Source of the DNA: a virus
Strand: one strand, 5' to 3'
DNA length: 64,000 nt
IMG/VR virus record: IMGVR_UViG_3300030339_000006
The notes beneath the pieces are model-generated. The model ran no database searches. It was not told the origin of the DNA and saw nothing but the letters and a program-made list of their open reading frames with translations. Positions 1 through 7,920 of the stretch are shown here, piece by piece. The translations under genes and the position numbers were made by a program. Each line of letters starts with the position of its first letter. Position 1 is the first letter of the stretch.

Positions 1-312
1 ATGAAAGTCGTTGATGGTAAAGGCAACTCGATGACCCCTGAGCAGGTAAAAGCCGCTCGTGTGGGTAACGGTTCCGTCGCTCGTTGCGTAGTAACTGCGT
101 TCCCATACAACATGGCTTCCGTCGGCGTCGGTATCTCTCTGCGTTTAGAGAAAATCCAACTGCTGAAAGTTGTGGCCTACGGTGGCAACAGCGGTCCAGA
201 TAACGAGCTGGGCGAATACGAAGGTTCTGACTTCGTAGCGGCTCCAGCCAGCTCTACTCCATCAGATCCAGATTTTGCACCTGATGAGCAGCAGACTAAC
301 TACACCGTCTGA
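1..312 (+). CDS. Single-stranded DNA-binding protein, T7 gp2.5-like (5'-partial)
   Basis: GISLRLEKIQLLKVVAYGG motif followed by an acidic tail; replication context. Confidence 0.6.
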   Translation: MKVVDGKGNSMTPEQVKAARVGNGSVARCVVTAFPYNMASVGVGISLRLEKIQLLKVVAYGGNSGPDNELGEYEGSDFVAAPASSTPSDPDFAPDEQQTNYTV

Positions 313-323
313 GTGTAGTAAAT

Positions 324-350
324 AGGGGGCCTTCGGGCCCTCTCTTTTTT
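324..350 (+). terminator. Rho-independent terminator
   Basis: GGGGGCC-TTCG-GGCCCTC hairpin plus T tract. Confidence 0.7.
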
Positions 351-360
351 AGGAGATTCC

Positions 361-1257
361 ATGAGTCAGAAGCAAGAACTTGAAGAGGCACTCGCTCGCG
401 TCCCGCTAGTGACTGACATCTCGCCGACATCGTTCGGTTCGTGGTCCGTGTCAAAACTGAAGATGCTTGAGAAGTGTCCGCTGCAGTTCTTCTTGAAATA
501 CTGCGTGAAACTCGTCGTGGTAAAAGAGGAGAATCCCGATGACGTTCTCCTGCGTAACACGGGGACGACACTGCACCGTATCCTGGAACTCATGTTCTCC
601 GGCTATAACTTTGCAGCGGCTGAAGCGTTGGCCCGCGAAGAGAATATCGCCTCCGTTACTCCCGAGCGTTTCGAGTTCGTTGAGAAGCACTACGCGAACC
701 TGAAGTCCTTTGAGCGCCGTATCGGTGCCTTCGAGGAGAACCACCCGATCGCGTCGATTGATCCTGAGCTCAAGCTCGCGGTTAATCGTAACTACGAACC
801 GGTGGATTTTTTCGCTGAAGATGCTTACTTCCGCGGCGTCCTTGACCTCCCGATTCTCATGGAGAACGAAGACGTGCTCATCCTGGACCACAAACGCGGT
901 GGCTCACCGGCGTACGGTCTGAAGTTCCACATGCCACAGCTCTCCACGTATCACTTACTGTATCACTTCGGTCACCGAAAGGTCCGTGGGTCGCAGGCAG
1001 GGATTCACTTCATGGAAGCCGGGGCGGTGGTCATGTCACCGTACACCAAAGGGAAGAACATCGAGGATCTGTTGCCGACGTGGTTGGACAACAAGATTGA
1101 GACAGCAGTCCAGGTCGTGCTCGAAGCGGAAAACTTCCAGGCGAACAAAGGGACTGCCTGTACGTGGTGCGATTACAAAGCTCTCTGCAAGAATGGCAAA
1201 CGGAATACCGTCGGTGATCTCCAAGAGATCCGAGACGCGACCCGTAAGTTGTTCTAA
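361..1257 (+). CDS. PD-(D/E)XK (RecB/Cas4-like) exonuclease with probable Fe-S cluster
   Basis: WSVSKL..EKCP, GTTLH, RGVLD...ILDHK, QL..Y, C-terminal CxxCx5C; AGGAG RBS. Confidence 0.75.
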   Translation: MSQKQELEEALARVPLVTDISPTSFGSWSVSKLKMLEKCPLQFFLKYCVKLVVVKEENPDDVLLRNTGTTLHRILELMFSGYNFAAAEALAREENIASVTPERFEFVEKHYANLKSFERRIGAFEENHPIASIDPELKLAVNRNYEPVDFFAEDAYFRGVLDLPILMENEDVLILDHKRGGSPAYGLKFHMPQLSTYHLLYHFGHRKVRGSQAGIHFMEAGAVVMSPYTKGKNIEDLLPTWLDNKIETAVQVVLEAENFQANKGTACTWCDYKALCKNGKRNTVGDLQEIRDATRKLF

Positions 1258-1258
1258 T

Positions 1259-1289
1259 AAAAAACCCCGATCTCTCGGGGTTTTCTTTT
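1259..1289. terminator. Bidirectional terminator between convergent genes
   Basis: AAAACCCCGA-TCTC-TCGGGGTTTT. Confidence 0.75.
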
Positions 1290-3648
1290 AGTTACCAATC
1301 ACTCGCCAAGCCGCTCCGGCATAACTTCCGTCCGTCCCTCCTGCAAAGAACACCATGAAGCTCGTCTTGTCGATCACTTTGGCTGACGCATAGCCCGGGT
1401 TACCGTTGTACGTCAGTGTCGCCTGAACCTGGAACATCGCGTTCGGGAACGGTGAAGGCAGCGTTACGATATGCTCACCGGCTGCCGTTGAGGTGATAGA
1501 CCCCCACTGCTCAATCAATCCAGAATCTCCGTCGGTACGAATCCCGGTAACCGCTACTGTGGCCGGAGAAATGGCCGGAGAGATATCCTTGATACGCGTC
1601 TTCGATTCCAGGAAGAATTGCTTCTTCGTTCTCGGGTTCGAGTAAATGCGACCGATTTCCAGGTCGACAAACACTGAAGCCCCAGCCGTCAGAGACCACG
1701 CGGTGCCGTTGTAAGACCAGACCGAACCGTCACGGGCATCGTAGATTTTGTTGTCACCAGAAGATGACGCCAGCGTCGTGAAGGTCGTTGCGTTCTGTGA
1801 CCAAGAGAAGTAACCGTAAGATGACTTGTCGTTGAACTTGGCCAGTGCCGCGGTAGTCAGGTCCAGAGTGATCGTCGCTCCAGCGATGTACGTGTTGGAG
1901 TTTAGGTCACTCGTGTCCAGAGTGATCGTGCTTCCGACGCGAGATGCTTTGATAAGGCAACCCTGTGGGAAACCACTCCATCCCTGTCCGGCGGTGTTGG
2001 TCACGTAACCGGCCGCTGCAGCGTTCGCACCGTAGTTCCCGTTACCCCATTTCACCAGGCTCGTCTTGTTCGTGATATCCGCAACAGACTGAGCAGTTCC
2101 CGCGGCGTTCTGCGTGAAGACTTTAACACCCCAGGTTTGATCACCCACACCACCCGGAGAGCGACAGGCTGCCAGGATGTACTTGTTGGTGGCATCCTGA
2201 GTAACTGCCAGGATCAGACCGACCGAGTCGTCATCCCCGTCCGTCGAAGACATTTGGGCTTCCAGAGACCAGTTGTCAAAACGACCTGGAGAGATAAATC
2301 CGGTCAACCCTGACGTGTTACGCGTACACTGAATCAATCCTGTTGTGGCGTTAAAGGTCCACGACTGGGTTTCATCCACCCCACTCGCGTTCGTCAGGCC
2401 TACACGGCCCCACTTGGCAAAGATATCGCCAGCCGTCAAGATAGTCGCTTTCTCTGCTGCCAGCGTCACGTCAGAGTTGACGATACGGGCGTCCTGAACG
2501 ACTTGTTCCGGAGACATCTTTTTAGATCCCGTTGCATCAACGAAGAGCACATCACCTTCACGGCCGGCCGGTACGTTGGCGTCGTCGAAAGCTCCCAGTT
2601 CTGTCAGCGTCGGCTTGTTCTCCGTAGAGTAGATCGGGATCCACGGCGTTACAGTGGTGCCGTCAGCACTCGGACGTTGATACATCAGCTTCGTCTGGTC
2701 AGAAGGGAAGGCTAGAGTAGCCGCTTTCCCAGTCGGCCCAGATGGAATTGTCATCAGCTGACCAACGTTTGAGCCAGTTGGACGATCTGCAACTGACGTT
2801 GCGGCACCCCCTGAGTCTGTACCCGCTTTATAGCCATAGAATCCCGCACCGATAGGGGAATCATTCACAGTTTGCACTTGGATTGTCCCGTCTGTCAGGT
2901 ATGGGATATTTGTCATACCCAGACCGGCGGCATTATTGATGCTAAGGAAACCATTTACCTTTGCGTCAATTTCCGTTTTGGTGTACGTGTTGAACGCACT
3001 GGCATCCAGCGTCAAGCCGGTACCGGTCATTGGGATATCGTTGATGGTGTACGTGCGAGGGACCGCTTCGGCCTTCGTGTACGCTCCAACATCCCCCGCG
3101 ACCAGGGTGATATCCTGGTAGAGTTGCTTTCCGTTTACCTTGCGAGTGGTCGGAACGTAACCCTGAAGCAGAGTGTCTACTTGACCACTGGTGTAGGCCC
3201 CGAGGTCAGCGGCGGTCAGCGTCAGGTTCTTGTTCAACTGCTGTCCATTGATCGTCACGGTGTTTGGCACGAAGCCCTGCACCTTGGTGTCGATCTCAGA
3301 GCTGCTGTACGTTCCGATATCTCCTGGTGTCAGGGTGATGTCTTTGTCGAGCAGCTTACCATTGACGCGAACAGGATTGTAGCCACCTGCTTCCACGGCA
3401 GCGATCTTCTGATCGATCGTGGTCTTATCGTAAGTATCCAGATCGTCCGCAGTGATCACCACGTCGTCGTCCAGCGTCTTGCCATTCACCATACGGCCAA
3501 CCGGTACGCGGGTACCGAGGTATCGTTCCGTGGTGTTGGCCACGTTAAGAGCATTGTCGGCAATCTGTTGGATCGCTGCGATGTCTTCTTCGGTGGTGAT
3601 GTCTTTACGCTCCACCCCACCGGGTGCTACTAACGTTAAATCGCTCAT
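1288..3648 (-). CDS. Tail fibre / receptor-binding protein
   Basis: Five ~36-aa VNGK.L..DI.L...D.G.Y repeats, central lectin-like region, C-terminal LIEQWG (gp53-like) domain; start moved to MSDLT after a GGAG RBS. Confidence 0.8.
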   Translation of the reverse strand: MSDLTLVAPGGVERKDITTEEDIAAIQQIADNALNVANTTERYLGTRVPVGRMVNGKTLDDDVVITADDLDTYDKTTIDQKIAAVEAGGYNPVRVNGKLLDKDITLTPGDIGTYSSSEIDTKVQGFVPNTVTINGQQLNKNLTLTAADLGAYTSGQVDTLLQGYVPTTRKVNGKQLYQDITLVAGDVGAYTKAEAVPRTYTINDIPMTGTGLTLDASAFNTYTKTEIDAKVNGFLSINNAAGLGMTNIPYLTDGTIQVQTVNDSPIGAGFYGYKAGTDSGGAATSVADRPTGSNVGQLMTIPSGPTGKAATLAFPSDQTKLMYQRPSADGTTVTPWIPIYSTENKPTLTELGAFDDANVPAGREGDVLFVDATGSKKMSPEQVVQDARIVNSDVTLAAEKATILTAGDIFAKWGRVGLTNASGVDETQSWTFNATTGLIQCTRNTSGLTGFISPGRFDNWSLEAQMSSTDGDDDSVGLILAVTQDATNKYILAACRSPGGVGDQTWGVKVFTQNAAGTAQSVADITNKTSLVKWGNGNYGANAAAAGYVTNTAGQGWSGFPQGCLIKASRVGSTITLDTSDLNSNTYIAGATITLDLTTAALAKFNDKSSYGYFSWSQNATTFTTLASSSGDNKIYDARDGSVWSYNGTAWSLTAGASVFVDLEIGRIYSNPRTKKQFFLESKTRIKDISPAISPATVAVTGIRTDGDSGLIEQWGSITSTAAGEHIVTLPSPFPNAMFQVQATLTYNGNPGYASAKVIDKTSFMVFFAGGTDGSYAGAAWRVIGN

Positions 3649-3658
3649 GCGTTCTCCA

Positions 3659-4159
3659 TTAAAGTGTTGGCCAAACCGGATCAACCAAGTTGATACCCAT
3701 TAAAGCTTTGATGTACGTGATATACTTGTTTAACTCGGCCTGTGATTCTTCATCGAGGCTGTCGGTCGATTCAAGCATCTTCAGCCGGGAGACAGTATCC
3801 GTAATCCCATTCAGTAGTACGGTACGTTTAGTCTTCGTCTGATCGATCTTTTCCTGCTCGCTTAACTCCCGAGCGACGAATCCGTCCAGCGTAATGCGAT
3901 ACTTAGAGAACGTGAAATCTTCCGGTATAGTTTCCTGATCGATCTCGGCGACACGAAGTCCACAAGGAGTCAGGTAACTCGGGTCGGTATGGTACGCTCT
4001 CGGTGAGCCATCTTGATCAATCAAGAAGACGTGCGGAGCAGTGATATCCCGGCGATACACGTACCAGTCTTGGCCGAGAGGGTCGGTCAGCCATTCAATT
4101 TTCGCGTCAACCGGTGCATTCTCCGGTGTGTACACTTCCCAAGGTCCAGTTATGATCAT
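3659..4159 (-). CDS. Tail fibre assembly chaperone
   Basis: GQDWY N-terminus and ..VWP C-terminus typical of Tfa/lambda-gpK-like chaperones; ATGA overlap with the fibre gene. Confidence 0.7.
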   Translation of the reverse strand: MIITGPWEVYTPENAPVDAKIEWLTDPLGQDWYVYRRDITAPHVFLIDQDGSPRAYHTDPSYLTPCGLRVAEIDQETIPEDFTFSKYRITLDGFVARELSEQEKIDQTKTKRTVLLNGITDTVSRLKMLESTDSLDEESQAELNKYITYIKALMGINLVDPVWPTL

Positions 4160-5436
4160 AAGCCTACGTTGTACCAAACGCCTCCCATTTTCTTTTGCAG
4201 ATACACATACCAAACGCCATCAACATCTTCGATCCACAGTTTACTAGTCTGGTAATCCGCAACGTTAGTAATAACCCCGCCTGCGGGAACGCTTGTGCGA
4301 CGCCCTTGTGAGTAGTAGGTGAACTGTAGTTTGTCGTTCTGAGTTTCTCCTGACCAACGGAGATCTTGAACGGCACCGAGGTTCGCAATCAGGGCGTTAA
4401 CCTCTGCTTGAGTATACGCACCAACGCCGTGAGCATCAATCGTTAAGTCATTGTCCAGGGTCATTCCGTTGATGCGGCGGGTGAGCGGGACTTTAGAGTT
4501 AGCCGTCTCATAGGCCACACGTACGGCATTGGCAGAACCGGCGTCAGTGGTAGATCCACTCGTGATCGAGTCGAGAACGCGGGTCAGACCTTGAACGCTG
4601 CTGGTCGCAATCGGGATATCCGACAGTTCAATGCGACGGCGCCATCCTGAGAAAGATCCTGCGGTAACAGCGGCGGTATAGAGATTACCGGCATCGGAGA
4701 TCAACGAGAGTGACTTGTAGTTCGTCACTTCATGGCTGGTACAGATGATTTCACCCCATCCGCCGACCACGTCGGTAGGATAGTTCGAATAGCCATTGCC
4801 CGGATAGTTATCCAAGTGATATACGCCGAACGGTTTATCGTTGAAGTACGTCGCCAGGTTAGTGCCCGTCGGGATCATAATCGATTTCGCGCCGACGCCA
4901 TAAAGGTCCAGCAACTGCTGGGTCTTCAGCGAGGTCATCGCACGGGTATTCTCAGTCTTGCTCTGGGCTTCCGCCGTTGCAGCAATCTCAATGAAACCCT
5001 TCTGAATCTCCGTCGCGTACGGGTGGTTCACAGAGGATTCATGCAGAGCAATAGCCGCGGCGATCGCTGCGTTCATCTCTGCCGTCTGTACGAAGGTCTT
5101 CCACCCACGGAAGACGTCCCCGAATACTTCCCCGATAAACAGGTTGTTACCCTTGGTGTTTGCGAAGATCGTGATGTTACCCGGCACGCCGCCGTAAATG
5201 ACGGTGTAGTACGTCTGCAAACCGTTAGGAGAACCGGTGCTCTGGCTGATCGCCGGGTCATCGTAGAAGAATCCACCGGTAGAACGGGCAAAGTAGTTCC
5301 CAATGTTAACGCCGGCCGGGATCGTTTTGGCCATGCCGCCGGTTCCGTACGAATCGAGTAAAGCTTGAGCTTGGTCCTGCGTCATCACGTACGGGTGGTT
5401 TACACCGGCACGGTCGACGACTGTTAATTCATTCAT
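4156..5436 (-). CDS. Tail fibre protein
   Basis: HPYATE.QKGF.EIA and AMTSLKT fibre repeats; RRINGMTL..DL repeat. Confidence 0.8.
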   Translation of the reverse strand: MNELTVVDRAGVNHPYVMTQDQAQALLDSYGTGGMAKTIPAGVNIGNYFARSTGGFFYDDPAISQSTGSPNGLQTYYTVIYGGVPGNITIFANTKGNNLFIGEVFGDVFRGWKTFVQTAEMNAAIAAAIALHESSVNHPYATEIQKGFIEIAATAEAQSKTENTRAMTSLKTQQLLDLYGVGAKSIMIPTGTNLATYFNDKPFGVYHLDNYPGNGYSNYPTDVVGGWGEIICTSHEVTNYKSLSLISDAGNLYTAAVTAGSFSGWRRRIELSDIPIATSSVQGLTRVLDSITSGSTTDAGSANAVRVAYETANSKVPLTRRINGMTLDNDLTIDAHGVGAYTQAEVNALIANLGAVQDLRWSGETQNDKLQFTYYSQGRRTSVPAGGVITNVADYQTSKLWIEDVDGVWYVYLQKKMGGVWYNVGL

Positions 5437-5462
5437 GGAATTCTCCTGTAATAAGCACTATT

Positions 5463-6083
5463 TTACCTGCGGATGATGTTCAGTGCCTGTCCACCTTGGA
5501 TCAGGAATTTCATCGGGGTGTACGTTCCAACCCACTCACCGTTGACATAACGGAGGTTCGTTAGGATACCTGAATTTCCGGAAGCATCATCCGGATTCTG
5601 GGCCACCTGAGTCCCTGTGATCTCTTCTGCAGCGTCGGTATCAAAAAAGAGATACGGACCGGTAGGATCGGCCGGTCCTAGCTTAGCGTCAATCTCTGCT
5701 GCCGTGTACATGTTGAAGTCGTTCAGCGTCAACGTGACGTCGGCGGTCAGGGCTTTCCCGTTGATCTTCACCGTCGGCAGGGCTTTTGTCTGGGCCAGCA
5801 GTTTCTTTGCAGCGTAGACTGAAGCGGCTGTCGTTTGAGACTGGGAGCTGGTCAGGGAGTCAATCTTGGCCAAGCCTACCGCACCGGTAGAGGAATCTGC
5901 GTAGACGGGGTTCTCCACGTCTGACCACGGTACCGCTTCCCCGGCGCCCATTTTCCCTTCCAGGACGTCCATGAGATCATCCGCCCGCTGGCTCTGAGCG
6001 GGAATTTCTTGAGTTAATCCTTCCACGTCACGCGTGGTTAAGAAGCTCGGGTCTACCCCGACTTCGCTTACGAGTGTGATCAT
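5463..6083 (-). CDS. Short tail-fibre-like protein
   Basis: Shares the KINGKALTADVTL...MYTAAEID repeat. Confidence 0.6.
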   Translation of the reverse strand: MITLVSEVGVDPSFLTTRDVEGLTQEIPAQSQRADDLMDVLEGKMGAGEAVPWSDVENPVYADSSTGAVGLAKIDSLTSSQSQTTAASVYAAKKLLAQTKALPTVKINGKALTADVTLTLNDFNMYTAAEIDAKLGPADPTGPYLFFDTDAAEEITGTQVAQNPDDASGNSGILTNLRYVNGEWVGTYTPMKFLIQGGQALNIIRR

Positions 6084-6667
6084 AGATTTACCTTCACGTT
6101 AGTGTATACACCTGTGATCATGTCCCAGATCTGCAGAGGACGAGATAACACCGGGTCCGTCGGTGAGACGAATCGGGTGATAAAGTTCCCCGATGGGACG
6201 GCGGACAGAGAGGTGGTGACTGCTGGGCCCCACAGGAGGGTTCGATCTCCCGGAACGGTAGTGATCAGGGCATCTACCTGGGCCTTCGTCAGGGAGTACA
6301 CGTCTTCTGCCGTCAGCACCACGTCACGGTCAAGTGTGCGGGAGTTAACCTGGCGGGTAATTGGCACGAAGCCATAACCGTTCGAGTTCACCTTCCACAG
6401 GCCCAGCAGTGACGCCGCTCGGGTCTTGTCGTTAGTGATTGCGTCGGACAGTTCTACCACACCGGTCACACCGATTGCCGCTGCGGGTTTACCCACGATA
6501 TCCACCCATTGGATCTTGCCACCTTTATCTACCAAGCCGGCCGAACCGAGTTCCACCCCATTCAGAGTGACGTCCACGGCGGCCATGCGAGTATAGATCG
6601 TGGCGATGTCTGACTTTAAAGCCAGCGGGCGAGGACTCTCCATCCCGCCCAGAGTAATTTGTGTCAT
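6080..6667 (-). CDS. Short tail-fibre-like protein
   Basis: W.DI.GKP, GVVELSDA and RQVNSRTLDRDVVL repeats. Confidence 0.6.
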   Translation of the reverse strand: MTQITLGGMESPRPLALKSDIATIYTRMAAVDVTLNGVELGSAGLVDKGGKIQWVDIVGKPAAAIGVTGVVELSDAITNDKTRAASLLGLWKVNSNGYGFVPITRQVNSRTLDRDVVLTAEDVYSLTKAQVDALITTVPGDRTLLWGPAVTTSLSAVPSGNFITRFVSPTDPVLSRPLQIWDMITGVYTNVKVNL

Positions 6668-7314
6668 GCTACCACACTCCAGATGCCTTTTCTCAGTACG
6701 GCAAATTTATAGTAAGTCATCGTGATCGACGTTGGGGTAATCGCCGTGATCGTGCCCATGGCTCCCGGGGCGTCGGTCGTCGTCGGGTTATACGTCACGG
6801 TCGTTTTCACTAATCGATAGTCGTCCCCGGCCAGGTCTGTCGGTCCGTGGCGCCCACCGGCCTTGGCCAGAATGACATCCGTCGAGTATGACCCGAGATC
6901 TTCTGCCGTCACGAACACGTCATGGCGAAGATCATACCCATTCACCTTCCGGCTGGCCGAGAGGGCACCGAGGAAGTAGTTCTGGATAGCGAGCATCCCA
7001 GCCGGCGTTGCTGCGACCAAGTGATCACCGTCGACCAGAGCACCGGTCACTTCACCGTATTTCAACAGTCCGGCTACCGGTTGGAACCCCCATTGAATCC
7101 CGGGGTTGGGCGTTTGAGCGTACGGGACGCCAGACACGTCGGCCCAGGCCCACGAGGTTTTCTGTGCGAGTTTCGTATCGTAATAAGCTTGTAATGCTGC
7201 CGTTTTGACTTCAAGAGCGGTTACATCCGCATCGAGATTTGGAAGGTCACCGACTCGGACTAATCCGGGATTGATGAACGTACCGTCTGCGACGACAGTC
7301 AGCTGGTCTGCCAT
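6664..7314 (-). CDS. Short tail-fibre-like protein
   Basis: AATP and RKVNGYDLRHDV repeats; CAGGAGG RBS before MADQL. Confidence 0.6.
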   Translation of the reverse strand: MADQLTVVADGTFINPGLVRVGDLPNLDADVTALEVKTAALQAYYDTKLAQKTSWAWADVSGVPYAQTPNPGIQWGFQPVAGLLKYGEVTGALVDGDHLVAATPAGMLAIQNYFLGALSASRKVNGYDLRHDVFVTAEDLGSYSTDVILAKAGGRHGPTDLAGDDYRLVKTTVTYNPTTTDAPGAMGTITAITPTSITMTYYKFAVLRKGIWSVVA

Positions 7315-7387
7315 AGAGGCCTCCTGTTTCGTAGTAGTGTACTGCATGTGTGAGGGTTTAGCTATATTCCCTAATCCGCTATTTTAA

Positions 7388-7395
7388 GGTATAAG
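7388..7395 (+). promoter_or_regulatory. GGTATAAG phage promoter-like motif
   Basis: Recurrent motif, upstream of rnhA. Confidence 0.6.
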
Positions 7396-7428
7396 ATTTT
7401 TAGAAACCACACTACACGTAGAGGACCT

Positions 7429-7920
7429 ATGAACAATTTATCCGATCAAATCAAGTATCTTTCAGACAAGCTCCCAGCGGCCATTGAGATCTACACCGAT
7501 GGCTGTTGCAAGGGCAATCCAGGTCCTGGCGGTTGGGGTGTGTACTTTGAGGCTCTCGACGATGGCCTGTGCGGCGGCGAAGTGATGACGACCAACAATC
7601 GCATGGAATTAATGGCGATGCTCACTACCCTGACCGTGCTCAGCCAAGTCCCCTTCACCTCTGCGAATATCTACCCTGACTCTCAGTACGTCCGTAAGGG
7701 CTTGACAGAGTGGCGTAATAACTGGGAACGTAATGGCTGGCGGACCGCCGATAAGCAGCCAGTAAAAAATAAAGACTTGTGGGTTCAACTTTTGCCGCTC
7801 TATGATACACTAAAGTCCAAACTCTCCTTCCATTGGGTGAAAGGCCATTCCGGTATTCCTGGCAATGAAGCCGCCGATGCACTAGCCAACAAAGGTTACA
7901 TTGAATGTTTAACGAAATAA
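7429..7920 (+). CDS. rnhA: Ribonuclease HI
   Basis: IYTDGCCKGNPGPGG, TTNNRMEL, DSQYV, WVKGHSG..GNE.AD. Confidence 0.95.
   Translation: MNNLSDQIKYLSDKLPAAIEIYTDGCCKGNPGPGGWGVYFEALDDGLCGGEVMTTNNRMELMAMLTTLTVLSQVPFTSANIYPDSQYVRKGLTEWRNNWERNGWRTADKQPVKNKDLWVQLLPLYDTLKSKLSFHWVKGHSGIPGNEAADALANKGYIECLTK

Noticed and set aside
361-1257. Cas4-like nuclease as evidence of a CRISPR system
   Set aside because: No repeat-spacer array or other cas genes in the window; solo Cas4-like exonucleases are normal in phage replication modules.
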